This document shows, piece by piece, positions 20,809 to 31,437 of a stretch of DNA of 64,000 bases. Every line of letters begins with the position of its first letter. Position 1 is the stretch's first letter. The stretch is from contig CAYXJR010000006.1 in the NCBI GenBank assembly GCA_964465145.1, forward strand, positions 9,702 to 73,701. Reading direction: 5' to 3'. Both the position numbers and the translations under genes were made by a program. Source of the stretch: an uncultured Porphyromonadaceae bacterium. GTDB taxonomy: Bacteria > Bacteroidota > Bacteroidia > Bacteroidales > UBA12481. Below the pieces are notes generated by a model. That model saw only the letters and a program-made list of their open reading frames with translations. It was not told the DNA's origin and searched no databases.

Positions 20809-21882
20809 CTAATCTTCAGCCTCGTGAATATATTCAGCAATCCATTGACCTGCATCGGCTGTACCCACAGGCGATTCCGGGAAAAGGTCGGGTGTTCCCA
20901 CTTTTTGTTCCAAAGCCTTTTCAATGGCTTCCTCAATCAAACCAGCCTCTTCTTTCAAACCGAATTGCATATCCAGCATCAGAGCCACAGATCGGATCAT
21001 CCCGAAAGGATTAGCAATATCTTTTCCTGCTCCTTCGGGGAATGAACCGTGGATGGGTTCAAAAACAGCTGTTGACACTCCAAGGGAAGCACTTGGAAGC
21101 AAGCCTATTGAACCTGGCAAAACACTGGCTTCATCAGTCAGTATATCGCCAAACATATTCTCAGTTAGGATAACATCAAATTGGTTGGGCCTGAGGATTA
21201 GCTGCATGGCTGCATTATCGACAAAAAGATACTTAACCTCAATATCAGTATTCTCAGCTGCCAGAATCTGCATCTCCCTCCTCCATAGTTGTGAAGTCGC
21301 CAGCACGTTAGCCTTATCAACCATACATAATTTTTTCGACCTCTTCCGTGCTATATCAATGGCCATTAGGGCCACACGCCTGATCTCTCCAGTTGAGTAT
21401 GTACAGGTATCAAATGCTTGTTCACCGTTTTCTGACAAGCCTCTTGGCTCACCAAAATAAATCCCCCCCGTGAGTTCCCTAACAACGAGAAAATCAACTC
21501 CCTCCAGGCGCTCTGCTTTCAGTGGAGAATGAGAGTAAAGCGCTGGAAAAGTCTTAACAGGCCTCAGGTTGGCAAAAAGGCCCAGCTGTTTGCGCATAGC
21601 TAGCAATCCCTGTTCAGGCCGCACTTTCGCACTTGGATCATTATCATATTTTGGATCTCCTATTGCTCCAAAAAGAACAGCGTCAGCTTCAAGGCAAAGT
21701 TCATGAGTTTGCTGTGGATAGGGGGAACCAGATTTTTCAATGGCCATGCCACCAATGGGAGCAGATACTAATTCAAATACATGACCAAATACTGTTGAAA
21801 CGGCCCGGAGGACTTTCACTCCTTCTTTCATTATTTCGGGACCAATACCATCACCAGCCAGGAGGGCTATTTTTGCTTTCAT
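20809..21882 (-). CDS. leuB: 3-isopropylmalate dehydrogenase
   Basis: 357 aa. MKAKIALLAGDGIGPEI start, with the LVVRELTGGIYFG and NMFGDILTDEAS motifs. Confidence 0.95.
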   Translation of the reverse strand: MKAKIALLAGDGIGPEIMKEGVKVLRAVSTVFGHVFELVSAPIGGMAIEKSGSPYPQQTHELCLEADAVLFGAIGDPKYDNDPSAKVRPEQGLLAMRKQLGLFANLRPVKTFPALYSHSPLKAERLEGVDFLVVRELTGGIYFGEPRGLSENGEQAFDTCTYSTGEIRRVALMAIDIARKRSKKLCMVDKANVLATSQLWRREMQILAAENTDIEVKYLFVDNAAMQLILRPNQFDVILTENMFGDILTDEASVLPGSIGLLPSASLGVSTAVFEPIHGSFPEGAGKDIANPFGMIRSVALMLDMQFGLKEEAGLIEEAIEKALEQKVGTPDLFPESPVGTADAGQWIAEYIHEAED

Positions 21883-21884
21883 GA

Positions 21885-22487
21885 TCAGTTTGAAAAAGTT
21901 TTTTGTTCAAATTTTGTAATCTGCTCTTTCCTGGCCACAAGGAAATCCAGAAGGTCGAGACCATTCTGCAAACACTGGCTCCGGAATGGATTGATATGAA
22001 AACCATATCGAGCCTGTCCATTCCTGAATGAAAGATATTCTCCGGGCAGATCTACCTCCACCAGGGATTCTGGCTTTTGTAGAATTTCATTCAGTAAATC
22101 CTGATGTATATCTTCTGGCAGCGTAATAACCAGGATACCGTTATTCAAAGCGTTTGTTTTGAAGATATCAGCGAATGAGCGGGCCAGGACCACTCTGAAA
22201 CCGTAATCATAAAGAGCCCAGGCAGCGTGCTCACGAGAGGAGCCACAGCCAAAATTCCCGCCCGCCAGAAGGATTCGGGAATCCGCTGCATACTGGTTAA
22301 GGGCAAATTCAGGATTGGGCACCCCTGATGGTGTATACCTCCAGTCGGAAAAAAGTTTTTTTCCAAATTCTGCTTCCCGGCTGGTTGCCTTCAGAAAACG
22401 TGCCGGGATGATCTGGTCGGTATCAATATTGTCGACCGGAATAGGTATAACCGGGGAGGTAATAGTTTTTATAGGCTCGTATGCCAT
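21885..22487 (-). CDS. leuD: 3-isopropylmalate dehydratase small subunit
   Basis: 200 aa with DNIDTDQIIPARFLK and GGNFGCGSSREHAAWAL. Confidence 0.95.
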   Translation of the reverse strand: MAYEPIKTITSPVIPIPVDNIDTDQIIPARFLKATSREAEFGKKLFSDWRYTPSGVPNPEFALNQYAADSRILLAGGNFGCGSSREHAAWALYDYGFRVVLARSFADIFKTNALNNGILVITLPEDIHQDLLNEILQKPESLVEVDLPGEYLSFRNGQARYGFHINPFRSQCLQNGLDLLDFLVARKEQITKFEQKTFSN

Positions 22488-22571
22488 TTTTTCAATATTT
22501 CTGTATTTTCAGTTTCAGTTTGTTTTTTCATCTCTAATTTACCGGTTTCCCCAGACTGCAATAATATCCAT

Positions 22572-23972
22572 TTATAAATATTTCCGGGGATCGGTGATGA
22601 CCCCTGAAATTGCTGCCGCAGCAGCAGTAAATGGGCTGGCCAGCATTGTTCTGGCTCCTGGTCCCTGTCGGCCTTCGAAATTCCTGTTAGAGGTTGATAC
22701 GCAATATTTGCCGGCTGGGACTTTATCCTCATTCATGGCCAGGCAGGCTGAGCATCCCGGCTGTCGCAATTCAAATCCTGCTTTTGCCAATGCTTTATCA
22801 AGTCCTTCACGTCTTGTTTGCTCCTCCACCTGCTTTGATCCGGGAACGATAAAGGCGGTTATGTTATCGGCCTTTTTATGTCCTTCGATCAAGGATACAA
22901 AATCTCTGATATCTTCAATTCTACCATTAGTACAACTACCGAGAAAAACGTAATCGATGGGGAATCCCTCAAGTGTTTCCCCCTCTTCTAATCCCATATA
23001 TTTTAACGCTTTGACAAAATTACCTGTTTGTGAATCCTCCAGCTCTTCTGTCCTTGGTATCTGCCCGGTTACAGAGATACCCATTCCAGGATTAGTTCCA
23101 AAAGTAATCATGGGTGAAATTTGCATAGCATCGAAAGACCACTGTGCATCAAATGCGGCTTCCGGATCAGAAAACAGGGTTTCCCATTTTGCAATTGTTT
23201 TATCCCAACTCGAAGAATCAGGGCTGAACTCCTTGCCTTTGAGGTATGTAAAGGCTTTTTCATCTGGAGCCACCAACCCTCCCCGGGCCCCCATTTCGAT
23301 ACTCATGTTGCAGAGGCTCATCCTGCCTTCCATGCTTAGCCTGGAGATGGCTGATCCGGTAAACTCAATGAAATGCCCTGTACCCCCGTTGGTTCCTATC
23401 CTACTGAGAAGGAAAAGGGCAATATCTTTTGCTGTCACCCCTTTTCCCAGCTCCCCTTCTATCTTTATCTGCATTGTTTTAGGCCGGTGCTGCACAAGGC
23501 ATTGTGAAGCAAGCACCATTTCAACCTCGCTGGTTCCAATACCAAAAGCTATAGTCCCAAATGCTCCATGGGTAGAAGTATGACTGTCCCCACAAACTAT
23601 AGTCATCCCTGGCTGGGTCAGGCCCAGTTCCGGGCCGATTACATGGACTATCCCGTTCCATGGATGGTTAAGGGCATACAATGGGATTCCAAATTCTTTG
23701 GTATAGGACTCCAGGGCTAACAGTTGATTTCTGGATTCCATATCTTTTACAGGCACCTCCTGGTGGAGGGTGGGTACATTATGATCGGCCGTGGCAAAAG
23801 TCCTCTCCGGCCGGAACACTGGCAGTCCTCTTTTTATTAATCCTTCAAAAGCCTGGGGGCTTGTAACTTCATGAATATAATGCCTGTCTATATATAGGAC
23901 AGAAGAACCATCCTCCAGCAGCATCACCTCGTGCTTATCCCAGATCTTATCAAATAATGTTCTAGGCTGCAT
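22572..23972 (-). CDS. leuC: 3-isopropylmalate dehydratase large subunit
   Basis: 466 aa with aconitase-family motifs [27 protein letters not shown] and [10 protein letters not shown]. Confidence 0.95.
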   Translation of the reverse strand: MQPRTLFDKIWDKHEVMLLEDGSSVLYIDRHYIHEVTSPQAFEGLIKRGLPVFRPERTFATADHNVPTLHQEVPVKDMESRNQLLALESYTKEFGIPLYALNHPWNGIVHVIGPELGLTQPGMTIVCGDSHTSTHGAFGTIAFGIGTSEVEMVLASQCLVQHRPKTMQIKIEGELGKGVTAKDIALFLLSRIGTNGGTGHFIEFTGSAISRLSMEGRMSLCNMSIEMGARGGLVAPDEKAFTYLKGKEFSPDSSSWDKTIAKWETLFSDPEAAFDAQWSFDAMQISPMITFGTNPGMGISVTGQIPRTEELEDSQTGNFVKALKYMGLEEGETLEGFPIDYVFLGSCTNGRIEDIRDFVSLIEGHKKADNITAFIVPGSKQVEEQTRREGLDKALAKAGFELRQPGCSACLAMNEDKVPAGKYCVSTSNRNFEGRQGPGARTMLASPFTAAAAAISGVITDPRKYL

Positions 23973-23974
23973 CC

Positions 23975-25468
23975 TTAAATCGTTTTGGATAGGGCATCTG
24001 CCAGCGCAATAACCGATGCAGTTATGATATCAGTATCTGCCCCGTACCCATACCAGATTCTATCTCTGGCCTTAATTCTCACATGCACTTTTCCAACATC
24101 ATCGCTTCCCCGGGTAATAGCCTGGATCAGAAATTCGTCCAGAATAAATTCCTCGTCTACAAGCTTTTTTACAGCATTAATACATGCATCAATAGGACCA
24201 TTTCCCTCGGCTGTTGCAGCTTTCTCTTCTCCCATGATTTCCAGATGGACAGTAGCCATCGGGATGGTGGATTTCCCTGCAACTACCTGAAGAAGTTTAA
24301 GTTTTACAGACTGATCAGGGCGGGAACCGCTACCTGATAAGGCGATGATATCCTCATCAGTTACCTGCTTCTTCTTGTCGGCCATTAGCAGGAATTTATC
24401 ATAAATTTTATCCAGGCCCTTCCCCTCTGCGGAGCAACCCAAACGATCAAGGTGATGCCTTAGGGCCGCTCTTCCACTCCGGGCTGTAAGTACAATAGCT
24501 GAGGCATCAACTCCCACTGAAACAGGATCGATAATCTCATAATTCTCCCTGTTTTTGAGGACTCCATCCTGGTGTATCCCTGAGGAATGGGCGAATGCAT
24601 TTCGCCCGACAATAGCCTTGTTTGGTTGAACAGGCATGTTCATCAGGGAGGAAACCATGCGGCTGGTTTCCATGATCCTTTCGGTTTGAATGCCCGTTAT
24701 AACAGGGATATCTTTTCTGGTTTTCACGGCCATAACCACTTCTTCGAGGGAAGTATTTCCTGCCCTTTCCCCAATTCCATTTATAGTTACCTCTACCTGC
24801 CTGGCGCCGTTCATAACTCCGGCAAGGCTGTTTGCCGTTGCCATTCCCAGATCATTATGACAATGTGTCGACAGAATTGCCTTGTGCATTCCTTTAACAT
24901 TTTCCATTAGGTAGCGGATCTTTTCACCATATTCATTGGGCAGGCAATATCCGGTGGTATCAGGAATATTGATAACACGGGCCCCGGCCTTTATAACAGC
25001 CTCCACTACACGTGCCAGATAAACATTATCTGTCCGGCCTGCATCTTCGGCATAAAACTCCACCTCTTCCACCAGGTTGCGCGCCATCTTAACGGCTGCC
25101 ACCGCCCTTTCAATAATCTCTTCCTCGTTTGAATGCAGCTTCAACTTAATATGATAAGGAGAGGTTCCTATACCTGTATGAATCCTTGCTCGTTTGGCGT
25201 ATTTTAGGGCGGCTGCAGCCACCTCAATATCGCCTTTCACAGCTCGAGAAAGGCTACAAATAACAGGTTCTCTAATGTTCTTGCAGATTTGTTCCACCGC
25301 ATCGAAATCCCCTGGACTGGAAACAGGAAAACCAGCTTCAATGACGTCTACTCCAAGCAGTTCAAGGGCCTTTGCTACCTCAATCTTTTCGATTGTATTC
25401 AACTGGCATCCAGGCACCTGTTCACCATCCCGAAGGGTAGTGTCGAAAATGTATAACTTATTTGACAT
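23975..25468 (-). CDS. leuA: 2-isopropylmalate synthase
   Basis: 497 aa with [11 protein letters not shown] and [16 protein letters not shown]. Confidence 0.95.
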   Translation of the reverse strand: MSNKLYIFDTTLRDGEQVPGCQLNTIEKIEVAKALELLGVDVIEAGFPVSSPGDFDAVEQICKNIREPVICSLSRAVKGDIEVAAAALKYAKRARIHTGIGTSPYHIKLKLHSNEEEIIERAVAAVKMARNLVEEVEFYAEDAGRTDNVYLARVVEAVIKAGARVINIPDTTGYCLPNEYGEKIRYLMENVKGMHKAILSTHCHNDLGMATANSLAGVMNGARQVEVTINGIGERAGNTSLEEVVMAVKTRKDIPVITGIQTERIMETSRMVSSLMNMPVQPNKAIVGRNAFAHSSGIHQDGVLKNRENYEIIDPVSVGVDASAIVLTARSGRAALRHHLDRLGCSAEGKGLDKIYDKFLLMADKKKQVTDEDIIALSGSGSRPDQSVKLKLLQVVAGKSTIPMATVHLEIMGEEKAATAEGNGPIDACINAVKKLVDEEFILDEFLIQAITRGSDDVGKVHVRIKARDRIWYGYGADTDIITASVIALADALSKTI

Positions 25469-25507
25469 GTTCTTATTTTAGACTTTAGTTAGTCTTCGAA
25501 TTGAAAA

Positions 25508-26545
25508 TCAGGGACGAAGCTTTCTTACTTGCTTCCCGGTTTGCCACATTTCGGATTCCCGGATTTCCTTAAGTTCTTCTTCAAGCTTTTCGCGGTAGTT
25601 TTCCTGGCTACCGGCCTTAATGGCTATTTCCGCTTCCTTGCCTGAGGCAACGCGATCATATAAATCATCGAAGACCGGTTCAACAGCTTTGCGAAAGCGG
25701 TGTCTCCAGTCGAGGGCACCTCTTTGAGCCGTTGTGGAACAGTTAGCATACATCCAATCCATACCGTTTTCAGCTACCAGAGGCATAAGGCTTTGCGTGA
25801 GTTCCTCTACGGTTTCATTAAAAGCTTCGGATGGAGAGTGACCATTCTTTCGCAGACAATGATATTGGGCTTCAAACACACCAGCTATCGCTCCCATCAG
25901 AACTCCACGCTCTCCGGTTAGATCGGAGAATACTTCCCGTTTAAAATCGGTCTCAAACATATAACCTGAGCCAATGCCAATCCCCATGGCTTTGACCCGG
26001 TCCAGGGCATTTCCCGTGGCGTCCTGGTATACGGCATAGCTGGAATTCAATCCTTTTTGTTGAAGATAAAGGCGGCGGAGGGAGGTTCCTGAGCCTTTGG
26101 GAGCAACCAAAATCACGTCTATATCCTTGGAAGGTTTTATCCCTGTTTGTTCATGAAAGGTAACTCCAAATCCATGTGAGAAATATAGTGCTTTACCAGG
26201 AGTAAGGTGTTTCTCTATAGTAGGCCAAACTGCTATCTGTCCGGCGTCAGAAAGAAGGTTTGCCAGAATAGTTCCCTTTTGAGCTGCCTCATCCAGGCCG
26301 AAAAGGCTTACACCCTCAATCCAACCATCCTGAAGTGCCTTCTCCCAGGAAGCGGTTCCGGGACGCTGTCCTACGATTACCTTAAATCCACTATCTTTCA
26401 GGTTCAAAGCTTGTCCTGGTCCCTGTATGCCATAACCAAGTATGGCAATTGTTTCATTTTCCAGAACTTCCCTGGCTTTCTCCATGGGGAATTCCTCTCG
26501 CGTAGTCACTTGTTCAACCACGCCACCAAAATTAATTTTAGCCAT
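25508..26545 (-). CDS. ilvC: ketol-acid reductoisomerase
   Basis: 345 aa with ILGYGIQGPGQALNLKDSG and FSHGFGVTF. Confidence 0.95.
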   Translation of the reverse strand: MAKINFGGVVEQVTTREEFPMEKAREVLENETIAILGYGIQGPGQALNLKDSGFKVIVGQRPGTASWEKALQDGWIEGVSLFGLDEAAQKGTILANLLSDAGQIAVWPTIEKHLTPGKALYFSHGFGVTFHEQTGIKPSKDIDVILVAPKGSGTSLRRLYLQQKGLNSSYAVYQDATGNALDRVKAMGIGIGSGYMFETDFKREVFSDLTGERGVLMGAIAGVFEAQYHCLRKNGHSPSEAFNETVEELTQSLMPLVAENGMDWMYANCSTTAQRGALDWRHRFRKAVEPVFDDLYDRVASGKEAEIAIKAGSQENYREKLEEELKEIRESEMWQTGKQVRKLRP

Positions 26546-26561
26546 TATTTTTTTCTATTAA

Positions 26562-26855
26562 TTAAACTATTTGCTTTTGTATCTCCAATGAAGCAGCCCA
26601 TTCGGGTTGTTCAGTGGAATATGCCTGCATGACTTCCACTTGTTTTTCAATTTGCTTGACCACTTGTTTTATCGTCCGTGGATCTGTATTAACCACCATA
26701 GATATTTGTGCTATACCCTTCATGGCAGTTTCGGCAAGGGTGAGACTATTGATATTTATTCCTCGTCTGGAAAAAACCATAGCAATACGGCTTAACAAAC
26801 CAACCCTGTCCTGGGCCAGTGTCGTAACTAAATAATCCTTTGTAAAATGCATCAT
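26562..26855 (-). CDS. ilvN: acetolactate synthase small (regulatory) subunit, short ACT-only form
   Basis: 97 aa with ACT-domain signature LAQDRVGLLSRIAMVFSRRGININSLTL. Sits between ilvB and ilvC. It lacks the C-terminal half found in long IlvH forms. Confidence 0.75.
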   Translation of the reverse strand: MMHFTKDYLVTTLAQDRVGLLSRIAMVFSRRGININSLTLAETAMKGIAQISMVVNTDPRTIKQVVKQIEKQVEVMQAYSTEQPEWAASLEIQKQIV

Positions 26856-26869
26856 ATCTCTGTTTTCTT

Positions 26870-28618
26870 TTATTTACATTTTTTATCAGGCGATAATATC
26901 ATATCTGTTACCGCAGCGCCTGGAGGAACCATTGGAAAAACATTCTCCTCTTTCTCCACAACTACTTCAATCAGGATAGGGCCATCAGTTGAAATTCCCT
27001 TTTTCAATTGCTCAACCAGGTTTTCTCTGGAAGTTATCCGCATCCCAATTAAGCCGCAGGCGTCAGCAAGTTTTACGAAATCCGGCCCACTTAGAGTGGT
27101 ACTGGCATATCTCCCTTCGAAGAAAAGTTCCTGCCATTGCCTCACCATACCAAGGAAACCATTGTTTAATACAATTATTTTCACAGGAAGTTTTTCATGA
27201 GCAATAGTGACTAGTTCCTGCATGGTCATTTGGAGTCCCCCGTCACCAATAAAAGCAACTACGGTACGGTTGGGCTGACCAACCTGTGCGCCTAGTGCCG
27301 CCGGAAGTCCAAAACCCATAGTTCCCAGTCCGCCGGATGTTACGAGTGTACGGGCAGTTTTCAGTGGAAAATACCGGGCTGCTTTCATCTGGTGCTGTCC
27401 AACATCAGTAACAACGATTGCTTCCGGACCAACTATTTTGGCGACCTCATTAATTACTTGACCCATTAATGGCTTTCCCGAGATAGGGTGCAGATCCCGG
27501 TCAATTACAACCCGCTGCTCTTCAGTGCTTAATTCAGCAAAACTATCCACCCATTTATCATGGCGATTTTCCCTGACCAGTGGGATAATATTTTGTAAAA
27601 AAGCCTTTGCGTCAGCCTGGATTTCCAATTCGGTGACTATATTTTTGTCTAGCTCTGTGGGATCTATATCCACATGAATAATCCTGGCCTTAGGCAGATA
27701 GGTAGATACATTTCCAGTAACCCTGTCGTCAAACCGCATTCCTATGGCCAGAACAACATCTGCTTCACCGGTTTTCAAATTCGGAGCATAATTCCCGTGC
27801 ATCCCCAGCATGCCCATAAATAAAGGATGTCCGGCAGGCAATGCTGACAGGCCTAAAAGAGTTGCGGCAGCCGGAACACCTGATTTTTCAACGAAAGCGC
27901 GCAGCTCTTCAGAAGATTTTGACAAAATGATTCCCTGGCCAAACAAAACCATTGGCCGCTTAGCTGAATTAATCCAATCAGCTGCTTTTATCACCTGCTC
28001 AATGTCAGGCTGTATTATTGGTTTATAGGTTTGCAGTGAGTTGCATTTTGAATATCTGAATTTTATTTTCTCCGAAAAAACATTCTTAGTAATGTCAACC
28101 AATACAGGACCAGGCCTACCAGCCCGGGCTATATAGAAAGCCTTGGCCATCACAGCAGAGAGCTCCTCAGCACTACTAACTCTTGCGTTCCACTTTGTAA
28201 CAGCCATACTGATAGTCAATATGTCTGTTTCCTGGAAGGCATCCGTACCCACAAGATTATCCACTACCTGCCCGGTAATACAAACCAGGGGTGTTGAATC
28301 AAGGTAGGCATCAGCAATTCCAGTCAATATGTTAGTTGCTCCCGGGCCTGATGTAGCCAGGCAAACGCCAGTTTTTCCTGTAACCCGGGCAAAACCTTGG
28401 GCTGCATGTACAGCACCTTGTTCATGGCGAGTTAAAATATGACGGAAACAGTCCCCACTTTGGTGTAATGCATCATATAAAGGCATTATAGCCCCGCCAG
28501 GGTATCCAAACATGGTTTCCACTCCTTCTTCCAAAAAACAAAGCAATATCGCTTCAGCTCCAGTGATTTTTTCACCTGTAAGAATCCGTTCTTCCAATTT
28601 TTCTGAACAGTCTGTCAT
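26870..28618 (-). CDS. ilvB: acetolactate synthase large subunit
   Basis: ThDP-enzyme motifs GYPGGAIMPLYDAL and GLGTMGFGLPAALGA...GDGGLQM. The ATG at 28618 (MTDCSEKLEE) avoids overlap with ilvD. The ORF is open to 28690. Confidence 0.9.
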   Translation of the reverse strand: MTDCSEKLEERILTGEKITGAEAILLCFLEEGVETMFGYPGGAIMPLYDALHQSGDCFRHILTRHEQGAVHAAQGFARVTGKTGVCLATSGPGATNILTGIADAYLDSTPLVCITGQVVDNLVGTDAFQETDILTISMAVTKWNARVSSAEELSAVMAKAFYIARAGRPGPVLVDITKNVFSEKIKFRYSKCNSLQTYKPIIQPDIEQVIKAADWINSAKRPMVLFGQGIILSKSSEELRAFVEKSGVPAAATLLGLSALPAGHPLFMGMLGMHGNYAPNLKTGEADVVLAIGMRFDDRVTGNVSTYLPKARIIHVDIDPTELDKNIVTELEIQADAKAFLQNIIPLVRENRHDKWVDSFAELSTEEQRVVIDRDLHPISGKPLMGQVINEVAKIVGPEAIVVTDVGQHQMKAARYFPLKTARTLVTSGGLGTMGFGLPAALGAQVGQPNRTVVAFIGDGGLQMTMQELVTIAHEKLPVKIIVLNNGFLGMVRQWQELFFEGRYASTTLSGPDFVKLADACGLIGMRITSRENLVEQLKKGISTDGPILIEVVVEKEENVFPMVPPGAAVTDMILSPDKKCK

Positions 28619-28637
28619 ATTAATGATAAAAATTAAG

Positions 28638-30530
28638 TTAATCAACAATCCTAACGGCCCCCAGGTCTGCCGAACTGACAAATTTCGCATAGGCCCTCAA
28701 AGCAGTGCTGATTTCTCGTTCGCGAACTGGTTTATAGGCATCTTCTCCCTTATCCAACTCTTTTTTTCTTCTTTCTTTAAGTTCCTGGTCGCTGATTTTA
28801 AGATTAATAGAACGCTCAAGAATATTTATATCTATTTTATCACCCTCTTGAACCATTACGATATCTCCTCCTGCAGCTGCTTCAGGAGACACATGTCCGA
28901 TAGATAATCCGGATGTCCCGCCTGAGAAACGACCGTCGGTAATCAAGGCACAGGTTTGATCAAGTCCTTTTGATTTAAGGTAAGAAGTGGGATAAAGCAT
29001 TTCCTGCATCCCTGGACCACCCTTTGGCCCCTCAAACAATATTAATATAACATCACCGGGTCGGATCTGATCAGTAAGGATTGCGGTTGATGCCTCATCC
29101 TGAGAATGAAATATTCTCGCCGATCCGGTAAAAGAAAATAGGCTCTCTTTTACTCCGGCAGTTTTTACCACACATCCATTTTGCGCAATATTCCCGTAAA
29201 GGATGGCCAAACCACCCTCCTGATTGTAAGCATGTGGTATGTCGCGGATACAGCCCTCTTCCCTGTCAGTATCCAACTCGGGGTAGAATTTATTCTGGTA
29301 TGCAAATCCCTGCGACCGAGGCCCATATCCTGGTGCCGACAAGTATTTCTGGACTGCGGAAATAGTTACGTCCGGGGAAAGTATATCAAACTCCTTAATG
29401 GCTGCTTCCAGGTCATCGAAATCAAGGCGGCGGGCTTTGATGTTTAACAGTCTGCCTTTTGCCAATTCACCCATCAATGCCATGATCCCTCCGGCTCTTC
29501 CGAAATCCTGTATATGGTAGGAGGAACTAGGCGATAATTTGCACAGGTTGGGCACTTTTCTTGAAAGCGCATCAATATCATCCATTGTAAAGTCAACTCC
29601 GGCTTCGTGGGCAATGGCTAGTAAATGCAAAATAGTATTTGTTGAACCACCCATAGCTATATCCACTGTCATGGCATTCAGGAAAGCTGCCCTTGAGGCA
29701 AGATTTCGAGGAAGATATTTTTCATCCCCATCGAAATAATACTTATTGGCGATCTCAACAATTTTATGCGCAGATTCAACAAACAGCTTTTTCCGGTTGG
29801 CGTGTGTAGCAAGAATAGTACCGTTTCCAGGCAAAGCCAAACCCAGGGCTTCATTAAGGCAATTCATAGAGTTGGCGGTGAAGAGCCCGCTGCATGAACC
29901 ACAGGTGGGACAGGCATTTTCTTCGAGGGATTTTAGCTGATCATCCGAAGTAAGCGGATCACCAGCTGCCACCATAACATCTACCAAATCATGATCCTTA
30001 TTTCCGATACGTCCTGCCTCCATGGGCCCTCCCGACACAAAAATCACTGGAATATTTATCCGCATGGCAGCTAGCATCATCCCAGGAGTAATTTTATCAC
30101 AATTAGAGATGCAAATCATCGCATCCACACAATGTGCATTGCAAACATACTCAATGCTGTCAGCTATTAAGTCCCTGGATGGCAATGAATATAGCATACC
30201 TCCATGACCCATAGCTATTCCATCATCAATAGCAATAGTATTGAATTCAGGGGCAAAACAACCGTAAGATTCGATTTCAGCCTTGAGCATTTGTCCCACC
30301 TCGTGAAGGTGAGCATGGCCGGGAACGAACTGAGAAAAAGAATTTACCACAGCGATCACCGGATTACCAAACTGCTCTTGCTTCATCCCATTTGCCCGCC
30401 AAAGACTGCGCGCACCAGCCATACGACGACCCTGTGTGGCCGTATAACTCCTCAAAGGCAAAACCCATTTCCTGTCACCAGCAGAATATTTTATCTGTTC
30501 AGAGTTTGAAATATGCTCCTTTTCTGTCAC
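28638..30530 (-). CDS. ilvD: dihydroxy-acid dehydratase
   Basis: Motifs [25 protein letters not shown] and [11 protein letters not shown]. The longest ORF starts at GTG 30530. An in-frame TTG at 30461 ([18 protein letters not shown]) fits the usual N-terminus better. Confidence 0.9.
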   Translation of the reverse strand: MTEKEHISNSEQIKYSAGDRKWVLPLRSYTATQGRRMAGARSLWRANGMKQEQFGNPVIAVVNSFSQFVPGHAHLHEVGQMLKAEIESYGCFAPEFNTIAIDDGIAMGHGGMLYSLPSRDLIADSIEYVCNAHCVDAMICISNCDKITPGMMLAAMRINIPVIFVSGGPMEAGRIGNKDHDLVDVMVAAGDPLTSDDQLKSLEENACPTCGSCSGLFTANSMNCLNEALGLALPGNGTILATHANRKKLFVESAHKIVEIANKYYFDGDEKYLPRNLASRAAFLNAMTVDIAMGGSTNTILHLLAIAHEAGVDFTMDDIDALSRKVPNLCKLSPSSSYHIQDFGRAGGIMALMGELAKGRLLNIKARRLDFDDLEAAIKEFDILSPDVTISAVQKYLSAPGYGPRSQGFAYQNKFYPELDTDREEGCIRDIPHAYNQEGGLAILYGNIAQNGCVVKTAGVKESLFSFTGSARIFHSQDEASTAILTDQIRPGDVILILFEGPKGGPGMQEMLYPTSYLKSKGLDQTCALITDGRFSGGTSGLSIGHVSPEAAAGGDIVMVQEGDKIDINILERSINLKISDQELKERRKKELDKGEDAYKPVREREISTALRAYAKFVSSADLGAVRIVD

Positions 30531-30691
30531 GATAATTTTCTCCTCTATTACACTTATCCCTTTTTACTTCTAACTTCTCACCAACTTTTGCCATCTGCCC
30601 GGTCCCTGAGCTTGTCGAAGGGCTGCCCTCTGCACTAATAAGATCTAGAATCCGAGTATGCATTGCGCTTTTCATTCTTAAAAATTTGTCC

Positions 30692-30723
30692 AAAAAAAAC
30701 CCTTCTCTTAACGAGAAGGGTTT
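30692..30723 (-). terminator. intrinsic terminator of the ilv-leu leader attenuator
   Basis: Minus-strand RNA AAACCCUUCUC-GUUAA-GAGAAGGGUUU forms an 8 G/C-rich bp core extended to 11 bp, followed directly by U8. It lies between the leader ORF and ilvD. Confidence 0.7.
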
Positions 30724-30757
30724 ATGTTTTTTCCGTATTGGTATAATACCACCCTTC

Positions 30758-30820
30758 TCATTTTAGGTCCACGAGGACCAAAATAATAAGAATAGCGATA
30801 TTGAGATTACGGGTTATCAT
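30758..30820 (-). CDS. ilv-leu operon leader peptide (MITRNLNIAILIILVLVDLK)
   Basis: 20 codons plus TGA, with 12 of 20 residues Ile/Leu/Val, including the run IAILIILVLV. The stop codon is embedded in GAGAAGGGU, which duplicates the 3' terminator arm and can pair with the 5' arm ACCCUUCUC. Confidence 0.65.
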   Translation of the reverse strand: MITRNLNIAILIILVLVDLK

Positions 30821-30835
30821 GTCTTTTTCTGGCTC

Positions 30836-30868
30836 CAAAGGTAAGCGAGTAATTTTATATAATGCAAA
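30836..30868 (-). promoter_or_regulatory. candidate Bacteroidota sigma-A-type promoter for the ilv-leu operon
   Basis: On the minus strand, TTTG (30868-30865), a 21-nt spacer, then TACCTTTG (30843-30836), which matches TAnnTTTG. This lies 15 nt upstream of the leader ATG. Confidence 0.4.
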
Positions 30869-31064
30869 TAAATTGGTGTTTTTCTAAATTGGCCTTTAGC
30901 TAACAGCCTAATTTCAAGTTGATTAATTTTAATGTTAAGTATGAAATTTTGAAATCCAATTTTTCTGTTCGTTTATTAATAACTTGTTTGACAGTTTATT
31001 GTGACTATGGTGAACAAAACTTTTTATGATACATTTTGTTCTACTCTCAGATAAACAACAATTC

Positions 31065-31319
31065 ATGATTATGTTATTTGGATTATTAAATCGCAAAAAA
31101 ACCGTAAAATGCTGTTATGAACTTGAATGTCCTAACGCATGGGGTCATCAGAACTTCAACGGTGCATTTTATCGTCGAAGAAATGATAAACAAATTGATG
31201 TCAATAATAAATTGGTCAAGTATGGTTTCATTCAAGACTTCCAGGTAAATTACATCGATGGGATAAGGCTTAAAGGCCATGAAGTGGCAGGGTTCTGCAA
31301 ATCCTGCCATCACGTTTAG
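31065..31319 (+). CDS. small Cys-rich hypothetical protein (two Cys pairs, possible zinc ribbon)
   Basis: The ORF is open from 31026 and the ATG at 31065 is the likelier start. Contains KCCYELECPNAWGHQ...DKQIDVNN...IDGIRLK...CKSC. It resembles a conserved Bacteroidota small-protein family from memory only. Sits in an AT-rich, gene-poor stretch. Confidence 0.4.
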   Translation: MIMLFGLLNRKKTVKCCYELECPNAWGHQNFNGAFYRRRNDKQIDVNNKLVKYGFIQDFQVNYIDGIRLKGHEVAGFCKSCHHV

Positions 31320-31398
31320 ACCTCTATGAGTTATCTGCAAGAGCCTTAGTGCTCTTTATTGTGAAATGTTGTGTTATTTGAATAACAATCCCCTCGAA

Positions 31399-31437
31399 CA
31401 AAAAGAACTGCCGACAATCTTGGGGGACTGTCGGCAG
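31399..31437 (-). terminator. intrinsic terminator downstream of the sulfatase gene
   Basis: On the minus strand, CTGCCGACA-(12 nt loop)-TGTCGGCAG forms a 9-bp perfect stem followed by TTCTTTTTG. Confidence 0.55.

Noticed and set aside
20924-21460. Long antisense ORFs inside well-identified genes: 20924-21460, 22315-22953 and 22957-23583 (+), and 7827-8342 and 15421-15915 (-)
   Set aside because: Each is fully overlapped by a gene with strong family motifs on the opposite strand. Their products are low-complexity (S/P/C/R-rich) with no recognisable motif. They are typical shadow ORFs.
30499-30693. 64-aa ORF (MDKFLRMKSAMHTRILD...) between the attenuator and ilvD
   Set aside because: It begins inside the terminator U-tract, overlaps the ilvD 5' end out of frame, and has no recognisable features. 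It is more likely untranslated leader RNA.
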